From Chitinophagales bacterium (lineage in GTDB: Bacteria > Bacteroidota > Bacteroidia > Chitinophagales > Saprospiraceae): a stretch of 64,000 nucleotides of DNA. Below are positions 23,751 to 34,035 of this stretch, piece after piece. A program made the translations under genes and the position numbers. The notes beneath the pieces are model-generated. The model saw only the letters and a program-made list of their open reading frames with translations, made no database searches and was not told the DNA's origin. The DNA lies in assembly GCA_017303875.1 (NCBI GenBank), contig JAFLBP010000031.1, positions 1,661 through 65,660 of the forward strand, in the 5' to 3' direction. Position 1 is the stretch's first letter. Each line of letters opens with the position of its first letter.

Positions 23751-24941
23751 TTAGTGATGCAGCTCCTGCAATGCCGTCCAGGCCATCAGGCCGGCGCCAA
23801 TTTCCAGGGCCGATTCATCAATGTCAAAAGTAGGGGTATGCACAGGCGAATTGGTCCCGCCTTCCGGATTGGCAGTACCGAGGCGATAAAAACAAGCGGG
23901 AATCACCTGGGAGTAGTAGGCAAAATCTTCGGCCGTCATGCGGGGTGGCAGGTCAATGACGTGTTCTTTGCCTAAATATTCAATTGCGGCTGCCCGGGCA
24001 CGGCGGGTGAGTTTAGGCTCGTTGATGAGCGCCGGGTAGCCGTGGTGGATGTCGAATTCACAGCTGCCACCATAGGCTTCGGCAATGCCTTCGGCAATTT
24101 TTTTCATCCTGACATGCGCCTCTCGCCGCCAGTTTTCATCCATCGTGCGAAAAGTACCTTCGAGGTATACTTCGCCGGGAATGATATTGGTAGCGCCGCC
24201 ATCCGACTGGATTTTACCAAAAGTAAGCACCGTCGGAACCACGGGATCGGCAATACGACTGACCAATTGTTGCAGGGCCACAATGATTTGCGCTGTCAAT
24301 ACAATCGGGTCTACCCCTTCGTGGGGCATGGCGCCGTGGCCGCCGCGGCCTTTTACCCGAACGTACAATTCGTCTGTAGATGCCATAAACATACCGGGGC
24401 GAAAGCCCACTGTTCCGGCCGGTAAACTCGGATGCACGTGTTGTCCGAAAATACCCGCAGGCGCCGGATTTTCCAAAACGCCTTCCTTAATCATGATACT
24501 GGCGCCGCCGGGCAACAACTCTTCACCCGGCTGAAAAATACATTTAACCGTACCCTCAAACTGATCGCGCAGGCTGTGTAAAATTCGGGCGGCGCCAAGC
24601 AGGGACGCACTGTGCACGTCGTGTCCGCAAGCATGCATCACGCCCGGATTGACGCTTTTATACGGCGTCTCGTTCGCTTCCTGAATAGGGAGGGCGTCCA
24701 TGTCGGCGCGGAGGGCGACGATATGTTTATCCGGATTTTTCCCCTGAATGAGCGCCACAATACCATTACCGCCAATGCCCGTCTGGTGTTCAATACCAAA
24801 CGCGCTGAGGCGCGTACTGATGTACTGCGCCGTCAGGGTTTCCTGAAAAGAGAGTTCGGGATGTTGGTGCAGGTGGCGTCGGTCTTTGACGATTTCCTCG
24901 AAAAAGCGCCGGGCAAGTTCCTGAACAGTCTCTTTTGTCAT
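23751..24941 (-). CDS. M20-family amidohydrolase (N-acyl-amino-acid / hippurate hydrolase-like)
   Basis: 396 aa. ..R..LH..PELSF.E..T.., ..ALRADMDALP..E.., ..MHACGHD.H and ..FQP.EE. Confidence 0.85.
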   Translation of the reverse strand: MTKETVQELARRFFEEIVKDRRHLHQHPELSFQETLTAQYISTRLSAFGIEHQTGIGGNGIVALIQGKNPDKHIVALRADMDALPIQEANETPYKSVNPGVMHACGHDVHSASLLGAARILHSLRDQFEGTVKCIFQPGEELLPGGASIMIKEGVLENPAPAGIFGQHVHPSLPAGTVGFRPGMFMASTDELYVRVKGRGGHGAMPHEGVDPIVLTAQIIVALQQLVSRIADPVVPTVLTFGKIQSDGGATNIIPGEVYLEGTFRTMDENWRREAHVRMKKIAEGIAEAYGGSCEFDIHHGYPALINEPKLTRRARAAAIEYLGKEHVIDLPPRMTAEDFAYYSQVIPACFYRLGTANPEGGTNSPVHTPTFDIDESALEIGAGLMAWTALQELHH

Positions 24942-24952
24942 AAAATTTAAAA

Positions 24953-26263
24953 CTAAATCGGGCGATTCGGATCGAATTGCTCGAGGTAATCCGCCACGCG
25001 ACGCAGGAAGGAACCGCCCAGCATGCCGTCAACCACACGGTGGTCGTAGGAAAGCGAGAGGAACATCATCTGGCGCACGGCAATCACATCGCCGTATTCT
25101 GTTTCCAGAACAGCGGGTTTTTTACGGATGGCGCCCACGGCCATGATGGCTACCTGCGGCTGGTTGATGATGGGGGTGCCCATCACGTTGCCGAAGGTAC
25201 CTACATTGGTGAGGGTAAAGGTGCCACCCTGAATTTCTTCCGGTTTGAGCTGGTTTTGGCGGGCGCGGCTGGCCAGGTCATTCACCGTTTTGGTCAGTCC
25301 GGCGAGGTTGAGCATATCGGCGCCTTTGATAACCGGCACAATGAGGTTGCCGCTGGGCAGGGCCGCTGCCATACCGATATTCACATCTTTTTTAAGGATG
25401 ATCCGCGTGCCGTCAATTGAGCAGTTGATCATCGGGAAATCGCGGATGGCGCGGGCGATGGCCTCCACAAAAATGGGCGTGAAGGTGATGTTTTCGCCGT
25501 ATTGCTTTTTGTATTTGTCTTTAACCTGATTGCGCCAGTTCACGAGATTGGTCACGTCGGCTTCCACGAAGGAAGTTACGTGCGGGCTGGTGTGTTTGCT
25601 CATCACCATGTGGTCGGCGATGAGTTTGCGCATACGGTCCATTTCAATGATCTCCACGTTGCCGCTGATGGAAACGGCGGGGGGCGCCACGGGTGCGGGC
25701 GCAGGCGCGGCAGGTGATGCCGGTGCGGCAACAGGTGTTGGCGCGGGTGCGGCAGCCGGAGCGGATTTGCGCTGTGCGACGAAAGCCAGCATGTCTTTTT
25801 TCGTCACGCGGCCTTCCATGCCCGTACCAGGGATGGCGTCGAGTTCGGCCTGCGAGATATTTTCTTCTTTAGCGATGGTGCGTACCAGCGGGGAGTAAAA
25901 GCGCTCGCTGCTGCTCTGTACTGCTGCTGCCGTGGTGTTTGCAGGAGCGGGTACGAAGGGCGGCTCGGTAGCGGCAGCCGGGGCTGCGGGTGTGGCCGGA
26001 GAAGCGGCGGCGGTAGCGCCAGCTTCCGTTTCGATGATGGCGATGGGCGTGTTGATGGCCACCACGTCGTTCTCCTTAAAAAGGATTTCCACGATGGTAC
26101 CGGCGACGGGCGAGGGCACCTCGCTGTCTACTTTATCGGTGGCAATATCCAGTACCGGTTCGTCCAGCTCGACGCGATCGCCGGGCTTTTTGCGCCAGGT
26201 AAGGATGGTGGCTTCCATGATACTTTCGCCCATTTTGGGCATAATAAGGTCAACGCGTGCCAT
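24953..26263 (-). CDS. 2-oxoacid dehydrogenase E2 component (dihydrolipoamide acyltransferase)
   Basis: Lipoyl domain MPKMGESIMEATI..W.KK.GD.V......DIATDKV..EV.SP..G, followed by Ala/Pro linkers. The catalytic C-terminus is ..LSLSYDHRVVDG...G.FL. Confidence 0.9.
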   Translation of the reverse strand: MARVDLIMPKMGESIMEATILTWRKKPGDRVELDEPVLDIATDKVDSEVPSPVAGTIVEILFKENDVVAINTPIAIIETEAGATAAASPATPAAPAAATEPPFVPAPANTTAAAVQSSSERFYSPLVRTIAKEENISQAELDAIPGTGMEGRVTKKDMLAFVAQRKSAPAAAPAPTPVAAPASPAAPAPAPVAPPAVSISGNVEIIEMDRMRKLIADHMVMSKHTSPHVTSFVEADVTNLVNWRNQVKDKYKKQYGENITFTPIFVEAIARAIRDFPMINCSIDGTRIILKKDVNIGMAAALPSGNLIVPVIKGADMLNLAGLTKTVNDLASRARQNQLKPEEIQGGTFTLTNVGTFGNVMGTPIINQPQVAIMAVGAIRKKPAVLETEYGDVIAVRQMMFLSLSYDHRVVDGMLGGSFLRRVADYLEQFDPNRPI

Positions 26264-26416
26264 ATCAGGATTTATCGAATTGCTGTTTTACCTCAAAACA
26301 AGGCAAACAGGCGTGTGGTTTGAATAAAATTTGGTTAAGGCTTCAAAAAGCGCCGCAAAGGTATAATTTATTTGGCAATGCTTGTCGGTCAATACTGCAA
26401 TTTGTCAACTTGCAGC

Positions 26417-28594
26417 TCACAAACGCAAAAAAGGCAATACTACGGTTTGTCCCGCTGCCAACACCTGCACGCCATACCATCCGGGCTGCTGCATCCCGGC
26501 ATCAAGCCGAAGGGTTTGTCCGGCAGGAAGAACGCCCTGGGCAAGGGTTTGCCCCACGATATTGACGACGCGATAAACAGCATCACTGTGGTACAGGTTT
26601 TCCACCTGCACGGGTGTTGCACTGCCAGCCGGGTTGGGATAAATGCGGAAAAAAGCAGCAAAATCGCGTACCGCCTGGGTACTGCTGGTATTGCCGCCCA
26701 CTGGCCCGTCGGCAGGATTAACAAAATTCCCGGCACGCAAACAAGCCAACACGGCGCTCTGACCAGCGTACTGCGTTTGTCCCCAGGCGGGTGTCGCCTG
26801 CACGGGGAGTTGTGCGCCTGCGCCCGTGTGCATGCCCACCACCAGCAGCGCCGAATCTGTTTTCCATACACCCATCAGCCGCACATTATCGCCACCCGCC
26901 TGCGTCAGCGTATCCCAGGCGCCTACAAGCAGGGAACTGTACAGGGGTTTGGATAAATCGGGCGTATACAAACGCACAAATTCATTCCAGCAGGAAAGGC
27001 CGCCATTGCCGGGTTTCACCATTTTCTGGTAGGCATTGGCGGTCGTGATGGTGCGTCGGCCTTTACCCAGCACCAAAACGGAGCCATCGGCACTTACTTT
27101 CAAGCGGTTTTTTCCCAAATAAGTCGTATTCAGGGTAGGCCATCCGACATTGGGATTGGGCCAGCTGTCGAGGTTCGGGTCAGGGTGCGCTGCGCCGAGG
27201 CCGGTAGCGCCTTCGGCAAATTCGCCAATGTAGGTGCTGTGGCGCAGCACGCCGTCGGCGCATTGCAATTTACCCAGCCAGGAAAGGTGAATATTGCCAC
27301 TGCTGCCGGTGAAGTTGTTCTGAAAGCCACTGGCCGCAGGATTAGCAGCAATTTTATTGCCCTCCCAAAGATTTTCCACGTTGTTGCCGTGGGCGCGGGC
27401 ATTAACCACCAGTAGGTCATTTTTATAATCAATCGCCAGCGCATCCACATACTGATCGGGCGTAGAAACCAGGGTGTCGCCCGCAGGATTAACTTCGTGG
27501 TACAAGCGCGACCACCAGCGCAAGGCGCCATCGGCGCGCATGGCCATCACGGCCGGTTCAAAGTCCGGATTGCCGTCGGGCAGCACGCTTTTGGCATTAA
27601 AACCAATATACATATCGCCGTTTCGGCGGTCGATACAAATGGCTTGCGGGCCGTAGGTGAAGGTGCCGGGCGGCGAGTAGCCCGAATAGCCCGGGCCGGA
27701 AGTGGTATTGCCGGATACGCCGGGCGTACAGGGGGCTTTGAACAGGACATCGAGGGGCCAGCGGCCTTTTTTCATGCCGCCATTGCCATCGGGTTGCCAG
27801 AGGTCATAGTCCTGCAAATTGGTGGAGCGCAGCTCACAGCGGTTGCCATCGCGTTTGAACACGATGCCGCTGTACGCCAGCGGATTGGCGCCACTATAAG
27901 TGTCGGCGGCACCGTAATATTCACCGCCACCGCTGATCCAGTGTACACGCCAGTTGGGCATGAGCTTGTCCTGTCCAAGACTGTCGAGGGCGTAAATAGC
28001 CGACCAGTTGTAGGCATGGGAATCGCCGGCGGCAAAAACCACTGTGCCATCGGGGCCGACATCCCAGGGCCGGTACTGATCGGGGTAGGCGTCTTTTTGC
28101 GCTTTAACCGAACGCGCCCAGGCCAGACCTGTAGGTTTGGCATCTACAAAATTTTCATTCAGCCGGGCGATGAAGTAGCCGCCGTTATTGCTGTCGTCGG
28201 TATCGCCGCTGAGGTAAACGGCGCCGGTTTTTTCGCCGGGCGCATTGCTGAGTTTGATATGGCGAATGTCTTGCGCAGCATTGGCCGGCAAGAAATAGAT
28301 GCCCAAAATTTCCTGCAAAGACTGATTAAATTCCAGTAAAAAAGCGATGCGGTTGTTGCCCTGATTGTTGGGAATGGGCGGTGTTTGCAAAGCGATACGG
28401 GGGGTGCCGGCGGGCAGCCAGTCGAGGTTATCTGCTACCCCGGAAACGAGGTAGTGGCCGTTGGAAAGCTGAACAACATCGGTAAATGCTTCATTTTCAT
28501 TACTTCCGGCATAGGTAACAAATTGTTGTTGGGCTTGCAATGGAAGTACAAATGTCGCAATCAGACTGACGACAAGCGGAAGATGTTTCAACAT
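26417..28594 (-). CDS. Hypothetical secreted protein with a T9SS C-terminal sorting domain
   Basis: 725 aa. The signal peptide is MLKHLPLVVSLIATFVLPLQAQ. The C-terminus is FRIYPNPAGS...VVNIVGQTL....GWYGVQV...VVLPFLRL. Confidence 0.7.
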   Translation of the reverse strand: MLKHLPLVVSLIATFVLPLQAQQQFVTYAGSNENEAFTDVVQLSNGHYLVSGVADNLDWLPAGTPRIALQTPPIPNNQGNNRIAFLLEFNQSLQEILGIYFLPANAAQDIRHIKLSNAPGEKTGAVYLSGDTDDSNNGGYFIARLNENFVDAKPTGLAWARSVKAQKDAYPDQYRPWDVGPDGTVVFAAGDSHAYNWSAIYALDSLGQDKLMPNWRVHWISGGGEYYGAADTYSGANPLAYSGIVFKRDGNRCELRSTNLQDYDLWQPDGNGGMKKGRWPLDVLFKAPCTPGVSGNTTSGPGYSGYSPPGTFTYGPQAICIDRRNGDMYIGFNAKSVLPDGNPDFEPAVMAMRADGALRWWSRLYHEVNPAGDTLVSTPDQYVDALAIDYKNDLLVVNARAHGNNVENLWEGNKIAANPAASGFQNNFTGSSGNIHLSWLGKLQCADGVLRHSTYIGEFAEGATGLGAAHPDPNLDSWPNPNVGWPTLNTTYLGKNRLKVSADGSVLVLGKGRRTITTANAYQKMVKPGNGGLSCWNEFVRLYTPDLSKPLYSSLLVGAWDTLTQAGGDNVRLMGVWKTDSALLVVGMHTGAGAQLPVQATPAWGQTQYAGQSAVLACLRAGNFVNPADGPVGGNTSSTQAVRDFAAFFRIYPNPAGSATPVQVENLYHSDAVYRVVNIVGQTLAQGVLPAGQTLRLDAGMQQPGWYGVQVLAAGQTVVLPFLRL

Positions 28595-28610
28595 ATACTC
28601 TTATCCGTAA

Positions 28611-29543
28611 TTAATGCACCGGTGGCAAAAACACCTCAGCCATCATACAACGCGCCGAGCCACCGCCATAGGTTTCGATGGTGGTGAGGGTGCTGTGCAG
28701 GAGTTGGGTGTGTTTTTCCAATTGTTTCACCTGTTGGGGGTTCAGCACGGAGTAGGCTTTTTCCGACATGACCAAAATTGTCTGGCCAGCGGTGTTGCGC
28801 ACCTGGAGCATATTACCGGCAAAGCCGTTCATTTGTTCGAGGGAAATTTCCACGATTTCCTTACCGTTTTTTTGGAAAGTCTCGACCAGCATTTGGCGTT
28901 CGGCGGCATCGCGCACCGAGTCTAGGCAAATGACGACAAAGGTTTCGCCCATGGCCATCATCACATTGGTGTGGTAGATATCCTGGCCGTTTTGGTCGAC
29001 GGAATGAAAAACCACGGGTTTGTAGTCCATTTCCTGACAAAGTTCGTCCAGCAGCCGCGCATCGGTACGGGGGCTGAGGCAGGCGTATGCGAGTCGGTTG
29101 CGGTGGTCGAACACGATGCTGCCGGTACCTTCGAGGAAGCGTTCGCGTTTTTCGTTGAACGCGAAATTAATGAATTTATCGGAGCGAAAGCCTTCCAGAA
29201 GCACCGTTTCTATTACTTTGCGGCGGCGTTCTTTGCGGCGTGTGGGTGCGAACATGGGATAGGTTACGATATAACCTTCCTGGTGAAAGGTGACCCAGTT
29301 GTTGGGAAAAACCGCATCGGGTTTTACTGGTTTGGCCGAATCTTTGGCCACAATCACCTGCACCCCTGCGGCGCGGAGTTTTGCCACGAAATTGTCGAAC
29401 TCCGCCATGGCGCGTTTGCGCATTTCTTCGGCGCTGAGCAGGCCATCGCGGCTTTGGAATGCGTTATTGGCGGCGGTTTCTTCATTAAAGGCGAAGTTTG
29501 ACGGCCGAACCATTAAAATATGGGCTGTGGTTTGTTGACGCAT
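28611..29543 (-). CDS. Amidinotransferase-fold protein, citrulline utilization hydrolase CtlX-like
   Basis: MRQQTTAHILMVRPSNFAFNEETAANNAFQ.. and the C-terminal ..GGGSARCMMAEVFLP, which carries the catalytic Cys context. Start taken at the ATG at 29543; the ORF extends to 29618. Confidence 0.75.
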   Translation of the reverse strand: MRQQTTAHILMVRPSNFAFNEETAANNAFQSRDGLLSAEEMRKRAMAEFDNFVAKLRAAGVQVIVAKDSAKPVKPDAVFPNNWVTFHQEGYIVTYPMFAPTRRKERRRKVIETVLLEGFRSDKFINFAFNEKRERFLEGTGSIVFDHRNRLAYACLSPRTDARLLDELCQEMDYKPVVFHSVDQNGQDIYHTNVMMAMGETFVVICLDSVRDAAERQMLVETFQKNGKEIVEISLEQMNGFAGNMLQVRNTAGQTILVMSEKAYSVLNPQQVKQLEKHTQLLHSTLTTIETYGGGSARCMMAEVFLPPVH

Positions 29544-29599
29544 AGATTGTTTTGTTTGACGCCGCAAGAAAAGCATATTTTTGTCTTTTACCAATACAG

Positions 29600-30748
29600 A
29601 TGAAAAGCTACTGTTCAAATTGCCACCATCTATTGCCCGATTCCGGGAAATTTTGCCCGCAATGCGGACAAAAAACAGGCCCTGTGAAACTCAGTTTCTG
29701 GGATATGCTGCGCAAACTGTGGAGCAACACCTTCCACCTGGAGAGCAAATTTTTACGCACCTTCTGGGAATTGTTTATCCCCGCACGCATTACCCTCAAT
29801 TTTTTTGGCGGCAAGCAACAGCGCTACCCGCCACCTTTGCGGGTATTTGCCATTGTGGCTTTCTTTTTCCTCTTGTTAGCCAATCATTTATTTGAACAAC
29901 AAGCACAATCTTCCGGATCAAACAAGCAAGGTGGTGTACAACTCAAAGTGGACGACAGCGGCGACACTACGCGCAACCGCAATATCCGGCTGCAAAGTAT
30001 GGGCGCCGATTTGTTCAAATATGGCGCTTATATAACCCAAAAAAAAGGGGTTCAACAACGTGTTGCCCAACACCCCGACTGGCAAACAGACAGCAGCGCC
30101 CGCAAAGCCGTCGATTCCCTGCTGCAATGGATGCAACCCCATGTAGACAGCTCTATTATACTGCTACTGGAAAGCAAAGACCCCAAAACCGGAAAATCCT
30201 TACTCGCCGATACCCTGCCGATCAATATGGGTTTTCACTCCGTTTGGCTGCGTGCCGAGGATATTTTTTTGTATGATGTAGACACCATCATACAACGCTA
30301 TGGCTTTAGCGACTGGAAAGACAAACTCGTGGTGCGGCAAGGCATAAAATCCATGCGCGACCCCAGCGCAATGGTGCATAACTATATTGGCAGCATTACC
30401 TGGACGCTGCTGTCGATCATCACACTTATGGCCTTGGTTTTGAAGCTTTTATACCGCCGACAACAGCGTTATTACATGGAGCATTTTATCTTTTTGCTCC
30501 ATTACCATACGTCGGGCTTACTGGTATTGGGCCTTGCGCTTTTTCTTGATTATCAGTTGCATACAAGCTGGTTTGCCAGTATTGCCATACTGGGGCTTGC
30601 CTTTTTTCTGCTGATTGCCATGCGGCGTTTTTACAAACAGTATTGGGGCAAAACGCTTTTGAAATATTTCATTTTTGCGCCTGTATATTTTATCGCTTCC
30701 CTCGCACTATTTTTGCTGGGCGTATTGGTGGTTTTGATTATTTTTTAG
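29600..30748 (+). CDS. DUF3667-family membrane protein (zinc-ribbon N-terminus)
   Basis: C.NC.H.L....KFCPQCGQK then ..NTFHLESKFLRTFWELF.P......F.GKQQRYPPPLR.F, followed by multiple TM helices. Start at MKSYCSNC (29600). Confidence 0.8.
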   Translation: MKSYCSNCHHLLPDSGKFCPQCGQKTGPVKLSFWDMLRKLWSNTFHLESKFLRTFWELFIPARITLNFFGGKQQRYPPPLRVFAIVAFFFLLLANHLFEQQAQSSGSNKQGGVQLKVDDSGDTTRNRNIRLQSMGADLFKYGAYITQKKGVQQRVAQHPDWQTDSSARKAVDSLLQWMQPHVDSSIILLLESKDPKTGKSLLADTLPINMGFHSVWLRAEDIFLYDVDTIIQRYGFSDWKDKLVVRQGIKSMRDPSAMVHNYIGSITWTLLSIITLMALVLKLLYRRQQRYYMEHFIFLLHYHTSGLLVLGLALFLDYQLHTSWFASIAILGLAFFLLIAMRRFYKQYWGKTLLKYFIFAPVYFIASLALFLLGVLVVLIIF

Positions 30749-30821
30749 TCAAATTTAAAAAATACCTCATGCACGCAAAAAGCTTCAAAAACTACTCAAA
30801 TCCGCCCAAACACTGAAATAA

Positions 30822-31883
30822 ATGGCTCCTACGGGAAAAAAATATTGCCGAAATTGCTTCCATCCGCTGGAGCCGAGGGCCAAGTTTTGTAGCGAATGCG
30901 GCCAGCGGGATACCGACGGCAAAGTGACCATGCTGAGCCTCTTGCAGCGCTTTTGGAACAACCTTTTCCATTTGGAAAGCAAATTCCTGCGCATGGTCTG
31001 GCATTTGCTCAATCCGGGGTATGTCACTAAAGAATATTTTTCCGGCAAACACAAACGCTATCCGCACCCGGTACAGTTCTTTTTCGTCATCATGTTTTTT
31101 GCCCTGCTGATTGTTAATCTGCGTACAGACAATAATCGGGGCATTAACCTTGTCGGGGACAACCTCTCGCAGGAAAATATCGGAAAACTGCGGGGTGAAT
31201 TAGAGGTAGTAAGCGCTATCCGAAAGAATATCGACTCCCTGCCCAAATCACTTAACAATACCGAAACCCGCCTTGCCATTGACAGCCTGCTCACTTTCAC
31301 CTCCGAAAAATATGGCTTGAATGTACTTGAAAAAGACTCCATTGGCGTACTGACCTGGGATGATGGCAAGGGCATCAGTTTTGCGCTCAGCGATGTCGTG
31401 CGCATGACGCCTGATTCTTTGGTGGAATATTACCAGATCAACAATTATTTTCTCAAGCTGCTGAGCAAACAAATGCTCAAAACCGCGCACGATGGCAAGG
31501 GCATGGCCAAATTTTACATTGCCTCTTCTACCTGGGCTATTCTGGTACTCATTGCCCTGATGGCTGCCTGGCTGAACATCACGCACCAAAGTAAACGCTA
31601 CCGTTATGTGGAGCATTTTGTGCTGATGCTGCACCTGATGTGCGGCATTATTTTCCTGGCCATCATCACGGTCGTCGTCCGGCATTATTTGAACCTGAAA
31701 TTCATTCCTGCCTGGCCGCTTTTATTGTATGTCAACTTTGCGCCTTTGCTCGCTTTCAAGCGTTATTATGGCCAAAGCTGGCTGCGCACCACGCTAAAAT
31801 GGATGGTTTTTATGTTTATCCAGACTTTTTGCCTCATCTTTGTCTTTCTGCTGGGTTTCGGCGTTTGTCTGCTCATTTTTTAA
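30822..31883 (+). CDS. DUF3667-family membrane protein (tandem paralog)
   Basis: CRNCFHPLEPRAKFCSECGQ then ..NLFHLESKFLRMVWHLLNPGYVTKEYFSGKHKRYPHPVQFF. The architecture matches the upstream gene. Confidence 0.8.
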   Translation: MAPTGKKYCRNCFHPLEPRAKFCSECGQRDTDGKVTMLSLLQRFWNNLFHLESKFLRMVWHLLNPGYVTKEYFSGKHKRYPHPVQFFFVIMFFALLIVNLRTDNNRGINLVGDNLSQENIGKLRGELEVVSAIRKNIDSLPKSLNNTETRLAIDSLLTFTSEKYGLNVLEKDSIGVLTWDDGKGISFALSDVVRMTPDSLVEYYQINNYFLKLLSKQMLKTAHDGKGMAKFYIASSTWAILVLIALMAAWLNITHQSKRYRYVEHFVLMLHLMCGIIFLAIITVVVRHYLNLKFIPAWPLLLYVNFAPLLAFKRYYGQSWLRTTLKWMVFMFIQTFCLIFVFLLGFGVCLLIF

Positions 31884-31957
31884 AATTCATTTACCCCAGA
31901 CTCCGCAGACATATCCGTAAAAAACCTGCCTGAGTTTTTAAAAATATTACTGAAAAG

Positions 31958-33418
31958 ATGGCCTACGAAACCGTCATTGGGCTGGAAGTACACGTTCAGC
32001 TTGCCACACAATCCAAAGCATTTTGCCGCGACAGTGCTGCTTTTGGCGGCGCGCCCAATACGCATACCGGCGTTATCAGTCTGGCCCACCCCGGTACTTT
32101 GCCGCGCCTGAACAAAACCGCTGTTCAATACGCCGTGCGCCTTGGCCTGTCGCTGGGTTGCCGCATCAACCGCCGCAGCACCTTCGACCGGAAAAATTAT
32201 TTCTATGCTGATTTGCCCAAAGGTTTTCAGACCACGCAGGACGCCAACCCCATTTGTATCGGCGGCAGTTTGCAGGTAAAAAGGGGTGATGCGCTGGCGC
32301 CCATTCGTCTGCACCATATCCACCTGGAAGAGGATGCGGGCAAAAGCCTCCACGACCAGGATCCACACGACTCGCTCATCGACCTCAACCGAGCGGGCGT
32401 GCCTTTGCTGGAAATTGTAACCGAGCCGGATTTTAGAAGCGCCGAGGAGGTGAGTCAGTTTATGGAATCCATGCGCCGCTTGGTGCGTTGGATCGGTGTT
32501 TCCGATGGCAATATGGAGGAGGGGTCTCTGCGTTGCGATGTGAACATTTCCATTCGGCCGGAAGGCTCAGAAACATTCGGTACCCGCTGCGAAATCAAGA
32601 ACATGAACTCCATGCGTTTTGCCCGCCGCGCCATTGCGTATGAGGTGGAAAGGCAGATTAAAGTGTTGGAGTCCGGCGGCCGGATTGAACAGGAAACCCG
32701 GGGCTTCGACCCGCAGAGTGGTGAAACGTATTCGCTCCGCGAAAAGGAAAACGCACATGATTACCGCTACTTCCCCGAGCCGGATTTGCCGCCGGTACTA
32801 CTCTCGGAGGACTATATAGCGCAGGTTGCACATGCCCTGCCCGAGCTGCCCGAAGCTGCGCAGGCGCGTATGCAAAGTATGTATGAATTGAATGTACAAG
32901 ACGCACAAACCCTGTGCAATGAGCGCAGTGCCGCCGAATACTTTTTTCTTTTAGCGGAAAACGCGCAAAAAGCAGGTGTTTCGGGCAAATTATGTGCAAA
33001 TTTCATCATCAACCAACTCCTGCCCTGGTCGGCGGGCAAACACCTTCAACTATCCGAATCCCCGGTGCGCGTGGAAAACTGGACGGCCATGCTCACCCTC
33101 ATTGAGAAAGGCGCCATCAGCGCTTCGGCCTGCTACCAACGCCTGCTGCCGGCCCTGCTCGACAACCCCGAAACACCGCCGCAAACCTTAGCCGAACAAT
33201 TAAATCTGCTGCAAGACCAGGACAGCGACGCCCTCAGCAGCGCCGTTGCCGCTGTACTCGCCAAATATCCGGAAAAAGTTGCGGAGTATAAAAAAGGCAA
33301 AAAGGGATTGATCGGCTTTTTTATGGGCGAGGTGATGAAGGCCAGTAAGGGTAAAGCCAACCCCCAGGAAGCTACAAAAATGATTGAAGCACATATTACC
33401 CCGACCCCAAACCCCTAA
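31958..33418 (+). CDS. gatB: Asp-tRNA(Asn)/Glu-tRNA(Gln) amidotransferase subunit B
   Basis: 486 aa. MAYETVIGLEVHVQL.T.SK.FC...., ..NRAGVPLLEIVTEPD.RS.EE and the ..KGKANP.. tail. Confidence 0.95.
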   Translation: MAYETVIGLEVHVQLATQSKAFCRDSAAFGGAPNTHTGVISLAHPGTLPRLNKTAVQYAVRLGLSLGCRINRRSTFDRKNYFYADLPKGFQTTQDANPICIGGSLQVKRGDALAPIRLHHIHLEEDAGKSLHDQDPHDSLIDLNRAGVPLLEIVTEPDFRSAEEVSQFMESMRRLVRWIGVSDGNMEEGSLRCDVNISIRPEGSETFGTRCEIKNMNSMRFARRAIAYEVERQIKVLESGGRIEQETRGFDPQSGETYSLREKENAHDYRYFPEPDLPPVLLSEDYIAQVAHALPELPEAAQARMQSMYELNVQDAQTLCNERSAAEYFFLLAENAQKAGVSGKLCANFIINQLLPWSAGKHLQLSESPVRVENWTAMLTLIEKGAISASACYQRLLPALLDNPETPPQTLAEQLNLLQDQDSDALSSAVAAVLAKYPEKVAEYKKGKKGLIGFFMGEVMKASKGKANPQEATKMIEAHITPTPNP

Positions 33419-33451
33419 GGGGCTGACTTCAAACCTCCAAACCTCCAAACC
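33399..33451. repeat. Inverted copy of the 16.3-kb repeat family (ccccgaccccaaacccctaaggggct...aaacctccaaacctccaaacc)
   Basis: The reverse complement ggtttggaggtttggagg...ggggtttggggtcgggg matches the words at 16290-16412. It overlaps the last codons and stop of gatB. Confidence 0.75.
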
Positions 33452-33462
33452 TTTTTCCCGAC

Positions 33463-34035
33463 ATGCAACGACCAAAAAAAAGCGAATACGCGCCTTTTCA
33501 CGCCACCTACATCAATGCCCTGCCGCCGCGCAGCGGAGCCAAAACCCTGTTGCGCAAAAGTTTTAAGGAAATACAGGCAATGATGAATGCCCTGCCCGAA
33601 GCTGCGGGTGACTACGCCTATGCCCCCGGCAAATGGACCATCAAAGAATTACTGATGCACATGATTGACACGGAGCGGGTGTTCAGCTACCGGCTTTTAT
33701 CGTTTATGCGCGGCGACCGGATTGCGCTGCCCGGCTTCAACCAGGATTTCTGGATGGAGCAGGTTTTTGTCAAAGACCGCAGCATAAAAGACTTGATGAA
33801 AGAATGGAAGGCGGTACGCGATAACACCCTTTTTCTGCTGGGACAATGCACGGAGGAGCAATCGAAATTTATCGGTACGGCAAGCAACTGGAAGGTATCG
33901 GTTCGGGCGTATTTTTATATTGTTGCCGGGCATCAGTACCACCATATGGGGGTATTGCGGGAGATGTATTTGCCTGCGCTTAGTGAAGAATTATCGGGAA
34001 ATCCTGAAAACTATTCAGGTACTCGCTTAAATTGA
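33463..34035 (+). CDS. DinB-family (DinB_2) protein
   Basis: 190 aa. ..YAPGKWTIKELLMHMIDTERVFSYR.. and ..HQYHHMGVLREMYL carry the His-rich metal triad pattern. Confidence 0.8.
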   Translation: MQRPKKSEYAPFHATYINALPPRSGAKTLLRKSFKEIQAMMNALPEAAGDYAYAPGKWTIKELLMHMIDTERVFSYRLLSFMRGDRIALPGFNQDFWMEQVFVKDRSIKDLMKEWKAVRDNTLFLLGQCTEEQSKFIGTASNWKVSVRAYFYIVAGHQYHHMGVLREMYLPALSEELSGNPENYSGTRLN

